NCBI GenBank assembly: GCA_009103225.1
Contig: RHPI01001516.1
Coordinates: 1 to 30,482 of the forward strand
DNA length: 30,482 nucleotides
From: Chlorokybus atmophyticus
Taxonomy: Eukaryota; Plantae; Mesostigma and Chlorokybus algae
Direction of reading: 5' to 3'
The position numbers and the translations under genes were made by a program. Under the pieces are notes generated by a model that saw only the letters and a program-made list of their open reading frames with translations, had not been told where the DNA came from and did not search any database. This document shows positions 11,722 to 28,152 of the stretch, in pieces; the first letter of the stretch is position 1, and the number at the start of each line of letters is the position of its first letter.

Positions 11722-12112
11722 TGCCAATTGTGCATGTATTGTAGTTTTGTGTTGGCTTCCTGTGAACCATGTAGGTACATGTATAGTTGCAGCATGGTGC
11801 ATGGTGCACCAGAGATCTGCTGTTGTTAGAAGCATTGGCTGTACATGTGTATGATGACTGCCCGGCGCATGAGTCAGTGCATGGCTTGCATACCTCGCTG
11901 GTTTAGAGCGTGGTTGACAGCAACAAACTCGAACAGCGCTCTGGGTTCCATGGCATGACAGCACAGTATTACTCTACGATCGTGGTAGTATGCGAGTATC
12001 CTTGTACTGTAGTACCATTAACAGATGGAGTACCATTCATTTTTATGTAGTACCATGCATGGTACTGCAATAGCGTATAAGGTACAGTCGTGCTTCACTT
12101 GAAGTTTGACCC

Positions 12113-12161
12113 ATTTAGGGTTTGTAAGCTGGCAACCCTAAATTGATGCCCATACCCTAAA
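12113..12161. promoter_or_regulatory. Telo-box-like (TTTAGGG/CCCTAAA) motif cluster upstream of the methyltransferase
   Basis: ATTTAGGGTT (12113-12122) and AACCCTAAAT (12134-12143) form an inverted pair, with a third ACCCTAAA at 12154-12161, 45-90 bp before the ATG. Confidence 0.35.
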
Positions 12162-12204
12162 GTCTCGCTCAATTTGTGGGCAGCCGTGCCGATTCCTATT
12201 GTGC

Positions 12205-13931
12205 ATGATGTTGGCGGCAGCAGTTGAATCACCCTTTCCTAGGAGACCATGCTTGGTGTGCCCACAATGCAATGCGTACGTATGTGCCAATGGCCGCAGG
12301 CAGCAAATGCGAGCACACTTGACCGAATGCCAGCGAGTGCAGACAGTGTGCCACGGTATTAGTGCTGCTTGCTGGCATCACACCACACACAATGTCGACG
12401 TGTTTGGCTGCCGCCTCGGCCAAGTGCTGTGCAAGGAACCCGAGTTTTTCCATTGCGTGCAGTGCGTGTGCGAATCGTGCTCGCGCTCATGCTTCGAGTG
12501 GCGAGGGGAACCCATGCGCTTCTTCACATGGACAACACCGGGACATGTGGTTAGTGGACAGGTGGTGGATGCTGTGGAGAATCCACAAGAGTGGACCGCG
12601 ACGTATCACTGCATGTTATGTTGGGCGTATGCTTATCTCATGCATGTTGAAGCTGTTGTCGCATTCAGAGCAGTCTTGCACGGTGTGGGCGTGGGCAGTT
12701 CCATCCCCTGGCCGCTGTAGAGGAGGCAGACCATCGACCGTTGTACAGCGCACTGCATCGGCTGCGGAACGCAGTTAAGTTGGGATGCGAGCAGCTGATC
12801 GGTGTGAGTGTCATGGTGCATTGGCCGCTGGATGGGGAATGGTATGCGGGCGTTGTGGAATCATTCAAGCAAGCGTCAGGTCAGCATCGCTTCGTGGCGT
12901 GCGAGATTGAGGACGCATCATATATGCATGGTGCAATGGAAAATGTCTTTGCAGGGCAGCACCGTATAGTATTCGATGACGGTGATCGACCACAAACCAT
13001 CAACTTCAAAGGGCACAACGTATTCGCGTACACATCAGTTGACGGGGCACGCCATGTTCTGCGCGCCGGAGGGGAGAACGTCAGTCGCAAAGTAAGCCCG
13101 GACGGCATCATTGTTAGTCCCTGGCCAGCACCACGGCCAGCCTTGACCACATACACGCCATTTGACAACAAGCTGGGACGCACACGCAGACCAAGGGCAC
13201 TCGACCTATTCTGCGGCGGTGGCGGTGCCAGTGTCGGTCTATACCACGCAGGCTTTGACGTGACCGGGATGGACATAAGTCCCTCCTCTGAGTACCCGCT
13301 GCCCTTCATACACCGCGATGTATGCACCCTGAGTGCAGGAGAGCTGAGCGAGTACGAGCTCATCTGGGCCAGTCCACCATGCCAGGCCTATTCAGGTGCT
13401 ATCCCGGCACCTCAACGGGCGGCACATGGCACATCCTGGAGACACCAGGATATGATACCGCTCGTCCGACGTCTGCTGCTTGCAAGCCAGGTCAAGTTTG
13501 TGATTGAGAATGTGCCAGGAGCAGCTTCCTCATTCAGACCCAATCTGTCCCTTTGTGGCACGATGTTTGGCCTATCAACTTTCCGACACCGTCTGTTTGA
13601 GACACAGCCAGTGGTAGCTACCCCACCAGCACGCTGCTCGCACGCGGGCAAGGCAGTTGGACTGCTATCGCCGCACCTGTCCGCTAGCGCGAAGAAGACA
13701 ATCGTGACATCAAACGCGCCACAGCAGATGTACCCGGTCTATGGCCTTCCAAGCACCAGGGGCGGCATTGCTGCGTGGCAAACAGCGCTGGGAGTGCCAT
13801 GGATGACCTCGGCCGTTTCCATAGCGAATGCAGTTCCTCCCGCAATGGCGGAGTGCATAGGGCGTCTCATGCTTGAAACAATGGATATGCGCTGTGACTA
13901 CCCTCCTGTGTCATGGAACTATGAGGCTTGA
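12205..13931 (+). CDS. Spliced Cys-rich/Tudor/C5-cytosine DNA methyltransferase (~526 aa)
   Basis: The catalytic domain has ordered C5-MTase motifs: I LDLFCGGGG, II GMDI, IV WASPPCQ, VI ENVPG, VIII RHRLF and X ANAVPP. Removing an in-frame 75-nt GT-AG intron (12880-12954) gives a Tudor-like LIGVSVMVHWPLDGEWYAGVVESFKQASGQHRIVFDDGD. A weaker 71-nt intron (12603-12673) joins it in phase to an upstream Cys-rich exon (CPQC..MRAHLTEC; CVQCVCESC). Confidence 0.9.
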
Positions 13932-14134
13932 GTGTGGTGCACTGTATTGATGCTTAATGCCACACGGCGGACTGATTGTTGAATGTTGCATGGATCATTC
14001 GATTGTGGTGACAGTTGTGCAGTGACAGCTGCCCGGTATTGTACACGTCCACATGCAAAAGTCTTAGCATACGATTAGCAATGCCTAACTGACTGATATG
14101 CTCCAAACTCAGAGTAGTGAGACAAGTACATGTG

Positions 14135-17100
14135 TCACGTGGAAGTGCAGTGAACGTTCACCCAATACTTGCCCTCTTGTACACGGGCGCTGTCCTTGTC
14201 AAACATGGGGAGCAGCTGGACAATGCCTTTTACTTGCTCCAGAGTCACGACATCGAGATGTGGACCGCCTCGACGCTTTTCCCATTCCAGAGCGATGCAC
14301 TTTGTGTCGCTCGTCACATCCAGCTTCGTGTACCAGCGGACAAACACGACCTCCTTCCACACGCGCTCGCCGCTACCACCCCACACCACCACGCGCAGAA
14401 AAAGGAGTGCCTGAGCCCACCACGTCACGTTCACACCGTCCTCATCACCTTCCAACTCAAGTGTAGAGAACCAAGGCCGCCCATGGAACATCCCAGTTGC
14501 GCGCGCCATGCTGACTCCTGATGTCATGTACACCGCTGCGCCTCCGTTCACCACGCGAACAGCACGCCACCCGTCGGCCAACTCCAGTTGTTCCCTCCTC
14601 AACCAGCTGTCCAGGGTGGCAGGCAGCTTGTCGACGAATGGAGTCTTCAAGGCGACTTGGCGGCTACGCGCAGATCCGCTCCAGTACAGGCTGGACTCCC
14701 TCCTTGTCAGTACATCCATCCGTAGTAACTTGTCCGTCTTCTCCATGACATTACAGCACTGCTGCCGCGCCTGCGCCATGACCGAGCGCATCTCGGGATC
14801 CACGACCATGCCATCCTCTCTCACATATTCCGCACAGCTCCATGCCTTCAGGATACGTGCCTGGTAGTCCCGGTTGTTGCCACCACGCGCCCACCGTTTG
14901 ATATTTTGGGCGTGCGTCTGCTCCATGCGGTTGGCGCTGAACCAATCTGGGTGTCCACTGCTGACAATTGCCGGCCCAAAATGAGTGAGCTGATGCATCT
15001 TCTCGATCTTCCAACCTGACTTCTGTGCAGAATATGACGACAGTAGCGGATGCAACACTGCAGCTTTGAAGGCAGCCAGCTCGTTGTCGGCTGTGGTCAG
15101 GGTCTCTNNNNNNNNNNNNNNNNNNNNNNNNNNNNNNNNNNNNNNNNNNNNNNNNNNNNNNNNNNNNNNNNNNNNNNNNNNNNNNNNNNNNNNNNNNNNN
15201 NNNNNNNNNNNNNNNNNNNNNNNNNNNNNNNNNNNNNNNNNNNNNNNNNNNNNNNNNNNNNNNNNNNNNNNNNNNNNNNNNNNNNNNNNNNNNNNNNNNN
15301 NNNNNNNNNNNNNNNNNNNNNNNNNNNNNNNNNNNNNNNNNNNNNNNNNNNNNNNNNNNNNNNNNNNNNNNNNNNNNNNNNNNNNNNNNNNNNNNNNNNN
15401 NNNNNNNNNNNNNNNNNNNNNNNNNNNNNNNNNNNNNNNNNNNNNNNNNNNNNNNNNNNNNNNNNNNNNNNNNNNNNNNNNNNNNNNNNNNNNNNNNNNN
15501 NNNNNNNNNNNNNNNNNNNNNNNNNNNNNNNNNNNNNNNNNNNNNNNNNNNNNNNNNNNNNNNNNNNNNNNNNNNNNNNNNNNNNNNNNNNNNNNNNNNN
15601 NNNNNNNNNNNNNNNNNNNNNNNNNNNNNNNNNNNNNNNNNNNNNNNNNNNNNNNNNNNNNNNNNNNNNNNNNNNNNNNNNNNNNNNNNNNNNNNNNNNN
15701 NNNNNNNNNNNNNNNNNNNNNNNNNNNNNNNNNNNNNNNNNNNNNNNNNNNNNNNNNNNNNNNNNNNNNNNNNNNNNNNNNNNNNNNNNNNNNNNNNNNN
15801 NNNNNNNNNNNNNNNNNNNNNNNNNNNNNNNNNNNNNNNNNNNNNNNNNNNNNNNNNNNNNNNNNNNNNNNNNNNNNNNNNNNNNNNNNNNNNNNNNNNN
15901 NNNNNNNNNNNNNNNNNNNNNNNNNNNNNNNNNNNNNNNNNNNNNNNNNNNNNNNNNNNNNNNNNNNNNNNNNNNNNNNNNNNNNNNNNNNNNNNNNNNN
16001 NNNNNNNNNNNNNNNNNNNNNNNNNNNNNNNNNNNNNNNNNNNNNNTTCACCCAATACTTGCCCTCTTGTACACGGGCGCTGTCCTTGTCAAACATGGGG
16101 AGCAGCTGGACAATGCCTTTTACTTGCTCCAGAGTCACGACATCGAGATGTGGACCGCCTCGACGCTTTTCCCATTCCAGAGCGATGCACTTTGTGTCGC
16201 TCGTCACATCCAGCTTCGTGTACCAGCGGACAAACACGACCTCCTTCCACACGCGCTCGCCGCTACCACCCCACACCACCACGCGCAAAAAAAGGAGTGC
16301 CTGAGCCCACCACGTCACGTTCACACCGTCCTCATCACCTTCCAACTCAAGTGTAGAGAACCAAGGCCGCCCATGGAACATCCCAGTTGCGCGCGCCATG
16401 CTGACTCCTGATGTCATGTACACCGCTGCGCCTCCGTTCACCACGCGAACAGCACGCCACCCGTCGGCCAACTCCATTTGTTCCCTCCTCAACCAGCTGT
16501 CCAGGGTGGCAGGCAGCTTGTCGACGAATGGAGTCTTCAAGGCGACTTGGCGGCTACGCGCAGATTCGCTCCAGTACAGGCTGAACTCCCTCCTTGTCAG
16601 CACATCCATCCGTAGCAACTTGTCCGTCTTCTCCATGACATTACAGCACTGCTGCCGCGCCTGCGCCATGACCGAGCGCATCTCGGGATCCACGACCATG
16701 CCATCCTCTCTCACATATTCCGCACAGCTCCATGCCTTCAGGATACGTGCCTGGTAGTCCCGGTTGTTGCCACCACGCGCCCACCGTTTGATATTTTGGG
16801 CGTGCGTCTGCTCCATGCGGTTGGCGCTGAACCAATCTGGGTGTCCACTGCTGACAATTGCCGGCCCAAAATGAGTGAACTGATGCATCTTCTCGATCTT
16901 CCAACCTGACTTCTGTGCAGAATATGACGACAGTAGCGGATGCAACACTGCAGCTTTGAAGGTAGCCAGCTCGTTGTCGGCTGTGGTCAGGGTCTCTCCT
17001 GTGTGTTCATGCGCCTTGAGCAACTTCTTGTTCCACTGGGCAAGCGATGCGGCAGCAATGGTGAAGAAATCGTTGCCCTCACTGTCGAGCAGCAAACCGT

Positions 17101-19232
17101 CTGCGAGGACCGGCAGCAGCTGCAGCACCGCCACTTTCTCTACCACCTGAAAGGAGTGGTCGGACAGGAAGAAATCTACTGTGCTTGTGGGTGCCTTGAA
17201 GTGCGAAACCCGCAGAGTCGTCTTGCATGCATTCAGCCTGTGCACATCTGCTCGTGAGCACGTGTTGTTGGCTTTGGTGTTGCTTTTGTGTTCAACACAA
17301 AAGCAACACCAAAGACGTGCCTGGCCTGCAGAATCTGTCTCGTGGATGGACGCATTCGTTCCTTCGCGGCGTCGTACACATCACCAAGCATGCGTGGTCA
17401 ATGATGCCTCTCAGCACATGCATTGCGTCAGGGGCAAGACGAGAGTAGCAGTTAGCTCCCGGCACCCGCGACGGTCGCCAACCCCACAGTGCATTCTGTT
17501 GCCAAACCACATTGCCTGGTTTCACGGAAAGCCATTCATCCTCACGAATGTCGATAATTTGACCATTACCTCCTCGACCTGCATGGAGTGCTGCTCTTTG
17601 AAAGCCTTGGCTGTCTGGCTGTCCTAACACCGCTATGCAGATCCGCCCGCAGCTGACGTATTGCTGGTGTGTAGAAGGCCTCGGTTCTCAATTCCCGGTC
17701 CTCATCCATCTCCAACAGATCTGTTTAGTGACGTGACAAACATCGCAAGGATGTCGTGTTTGGTTGCCCGACACAGTGCGTGCGAGTGTGGCAGTCTCGT
17801 ACAACACGACAAACTCAGATGTTCCATTGACAGCATCCTCCATGCACTGTTTGCTGGCAGGCTGCATCCGGTTACAATCATTCATGCCCACTACCTACGC
17901 AAATCGCTAATGTAGTTGGCAAGCGTGGGAAACACACGACGCTCGATGCCATTCGGGTCGATGAGCTGCAGACCTTCCCAACTCGCCCGCTTCACATCCC
18001 CTAACACTACATTCAAAGCGTCATGAAAAATCTCACGTTTTCGAATGGAGAACGATTCCTTGCCCTGCGCCCAGGTGGGATGCCCGGCCACTGCATGAAC
18101 CACCGGCAGAAGCGCTATCATAACAACCCCCATGTTGCTAGCATACATGTCCCAACTATAGTTGGCAAGCGATGCCATCAGAGGGTAGCCAGAGCGCTTG
18201 CCCGCGCTGTCCAGCGTGGTCTTGTCACTGTAAAGAATGGCAGGCGCCAAGTAGGACGCTTCCCCCACCTCTCTCCTCAAATCCACCTCCACATCCTTCC
18301 ACCAATCACCCGTGGAAGGAGGAGGCCAAAGCTGTGCTCGTCACCAGTGTACTGGAGATTGAAGCCATTGGCGGCATGTGGATTGCCATACAACCGCGCG
18401 AGCCATACCTNAAACCCTGCCTGTGAATGTTCAACGCTTTTACAAGAGTCTATCTTGCCTACAAGTATTCAAACGATGCCTGCTTGAAAATTCAGTGGTG
18501 TAATACATGTGATGGTCACAGCACTACACCATACAGGTTGAATGTACAGCTCCACTGCAAGTGAGTAAATGCCCCACATANAAACAAGAGCATTACTTAC
18601 TATGCTGGCCTCAGAATAGATACTGCATCGATACTGCATTAGGTATTGCATTTCACAGACCTTGGCCGGCATATATGTGACGCAGATGTCCTGATCCTCA
18701 GGGTCTCCAGGCTTGCGCAGGTCAGCCGTCACGTAGTTCTGATACGGCAGCACACTCGCATGTGCATATGTGACATGGCTCTGATGNCCTCGACATGCAG
18801 GAGCCAGGGACGCCGTATTCTAGGCTATTCACCCCTGTTTTTATTAACTATTCAGATCAAACAGTCTGAAAATTCAGGAATCGGGGGGGCTCAGAATTAC
18901 CGGTGTTTGGCTACAACAACCTCACACGCCTGGTAGCTGAAGACATGGTCAACGGCATCNAAGCACATGCACCGCACACCGTGAACACACCTCAGACTGA
19001 GAGAAAGCAATCGTGGTCCGGAGGTAGCTGGCCACATGCACACACCGGTCTCCCACTGGAGTCTTCCGTCAGGAAGTGTGCATTTCGGATGCACTTGATG
19101 ATCCGCCCCATGTCGGAGGCCGACAGGCCTTGGCCGTTGTTGCACTGCACGAATGCCACTGCAAGAGCATGCTCCGAGCCATACCACCTGGATTCCGACG
19201 CGTGCGAAGGGACGCCTCCACTTCCATGTTGG
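14135..19232 (-). mobile_element. Plavaka-family (PF18759-like) DDE DNA transposase gene, spliced, frameshifted, fragmented by assembly joins
   Basis: The pieces read HALAVAFVQCNNGQGLSASDMGRIIKCI (~19046-19232), DICVTYMPAK (18661-18786) and VWLARLYGNP..STGDWWKDVE..PAILYSDKT..GYPLMASLAN..IALLP..REIFHDALNVVL..RRVFPTLANYISD (18408 down to ~17900). They continue HPCDVCHV..ELRT, LAPDAMHVLRG (D-x2-H), KIEKMHQFTHFGPAIVSSG..ANRMEQTHAQNIK, and a C-terminal VFVRWY..DVVTLEQVKGIVQLLP domain. Frameshifts lie near 18320, 17720 and 17615. Confidence 0.88.
14157..16997. repeat. 951-bp duplication (14157-15107 = 16047-16997) flanking a 939-N scaffold gap (15108-16046)
   Basis: The two copies of the transposase 3' end differ by about 8 substitutions counted by eye, and each abuts the gap. 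This is typical of overlapping contig ends from two alleles or copies. Confidence 0.95.
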
Positions 19233-21202
19233 NTGTCAGCAAGGAAGACTTTCAGGCTTCTTTAGGCGTGCTGCGTGAACCCTGTATCATGGCCAAGCAG
19301 CATAGGATGCCGTTCCCGGCATCTTCTTCTAGCAGTCAACATCTAAGCGAGCTGGTACACATGGATGTTTGCGGGCCCGTGCGCTTTGTGGCGAAGCGAG
19401 GGGTAAGGTACTTTGCAACTTTCCTCGACGACTACGGTAAGCTGTCCATCATCTACCCTCTATCCCTGAAATTGGAAGTTGAAGGAGCTGTGCGCAACGT
19501 CGTGACATTGCTGGAGACACAATGAAGCAAGAAAATGAAAGCAATGCGCAGTAATCGAGAAGGGGAGTACATCAACGCCCAGCTTTGGGACTTCTTCGCC
19601 AGCAAAGGCATAAGGCATGAGACAACATCGCCCTACACTCCACAGCAAAACGAAGCGGCTGAACGCCTGAACCGGACCCTGTTAGAGCATGATGTGCGGG
19701 CTATGCTCGACGATTGCAAGTTGGAGGACTCAATGTGGAAGGAGGCTCCTCACAGCCTATCACATCCGCAANTATCGTACTGTAATGGACGCTGGCCGAC
19801 ATACAGCTTGATCTGCTTGCACACCCTGCTGCTAATAATGTGCATGTAGACCGAGCTACGTGTGGCAAAGCGCATGTGGCAATATGGACAAAGGACTCCC
19901 ATATCTCACTACTAACGTCGACACAGGTGTAGCCAATGTAACCTGCATCATATCCAGCAACACGCACACCCGCCGCCGCCGCCGCCGCCACCGCCACCAC
20001 CACCGCTACCGCTACCCTTGCATGCCCGAGGCGGGAAACTTGGCCGCCATGCACTGGCTCCGTCGTACCATTATAATGGTACGATCGAGCCATTGCACAT
20101 CCAGGGTGAGTCTCTGTATATATATATACACATATATATTCTAATTGAACCGTTTCAATGGTACGAAGATGCCTTTGCCAAAAGGTATAGCATGGCATTG
20201 TACAAAGGTACCATTGAAATGGTACCTTTGTACAATGGGAATGGCAGTTCGTACCATTGACAACTCTGGCAATGTCAGTCCCCCTGCGCATGAAAACACC
20301 ATTGATAGCTCCGCCAAGCTATGCCCTTACAGGGGCGTGATGCGGAGGGTATGTGGCAATTGGTGGATCGTTGGCGGCGCTGCCAGGGGCGTAGTGGGCA
20401 TTGTGGTCGAGGTCCGGGATGAATTCCATGTTCGCACAGGGCGGGCNAAAAGCAGCTACGGCACAAGTTTGGAGCCAGTTAGCAAGAAGGGAGTCTTCGT
20501 TGGCTACGAACCAGGCTCAAATGCGTACATGACTTTGCTTGAAGAGAGCCACAAGATCATTTTCAGCAGAGAGGTGGTGTTCCACGAGGGTTTACGAACA
20601 GAAGCGGGCTTCTTTTCCAATGGATAAAGATGAGGCACATCCACAAGCCGTTCCTGAGAGAGTGGAGGCTTCAGGCAAGGCAGACATCATTACAGAGGAC
20701 TTTCAAATGCCGCCTGAAAGGTGTTCAGGCGAGCAACAGCAGGCGTCTGTTCGTCGCTATCTTGAGAGGGAGAGATAAGGTCCTGACTTCTACCATAAGG
20801 CACTTTTAGGCGTGTGTTAAAAGGGAGACAGCACAAAGGAGCCAAGTACATACCAGGAGGCACTGTAAGCACTTGATGCAGAGCAGTGGCAGCAAGCCAT
20901 AGACGAGGGAATCGTGTTACTCAATGCTCACAAAACCTGGGTATTATAGAAGCTACCTTCAGGCGAGAAACCAATCCCTGTCCAGTGAGTCCTCAAGGTG
21001 AAGAGGAACGGTCTTCAAGGTGAAGAAAGACGGTCAAGACAACATGGAGCGTAACAAGGCAAGGCTGGTTGCAAAGGGCTTCTTGCGATAAGAGGGCGTG
21101 GACTTCAATGAGGTCTTCACGCCTGCAACATTCCGCACACTGCTTGCCCTGATTGCGGCTGAAGACTTGGCGCTTCACCACCTTGACGTGAAGATTGCCT
21201 TC
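18897..21202 (+). pseudogene. Decayed Ty1/Copia pol (gag-pre-integrase, rve integrase, integrase C-terminus, start of RVT_2 reverse transcriptase) in three N-bounded pieces
   Basis: 18897-18959 reads FGYNNLTRLVAEDMVNGI. 19234-19771 reads VSKEDF..EPCIMAKQHRMPF..ELVHMDVCGP..FLDDYGKLS..RSNREGEY..TTSPYTPQQNEAAERLNRTL. 20448-21202 reads [75 protein letters not shown]. Several stops and frameshifts; truncated at the N at 21203. Confidence 0.93.
19773..20446. other. Unassigned N-bounded segment with long palindromes, (CCG/CCA)n and (TA)n microsatellites
   Basis: 22-bp palindrome at 20063-20084, a 20-bp-stem hairpin at 20196-20237, a CCG/CCA run at ~19970-20015 and a TA run at ~20117-20140. It interrupts the Copia pol between the Ns at 19772 and 20447. 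Confidence 0.6.
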
Positions 21203-21203
21203 N

Positions 21204-28152
<6,949 letters not shown>

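Noticed and set aside
7700-13931. Endogenous giant-virus fragment as the explanation for OTU, RING and MTase
   Set aside because: No NCLDV hallmark gene (capsid, polB, packaging ATPase) is visible, the genes have spliceosomal introns, and a transposase is adjacent. A viral origin of individual domains is not excluded.
14135-17245. 1036-aa ORF and other ORFs spanning the N gap
   Set aside because: They are open only because Ns translate as X and the duplication offset (1890) is a multiple of 3. This is not a tandem-domain protein.
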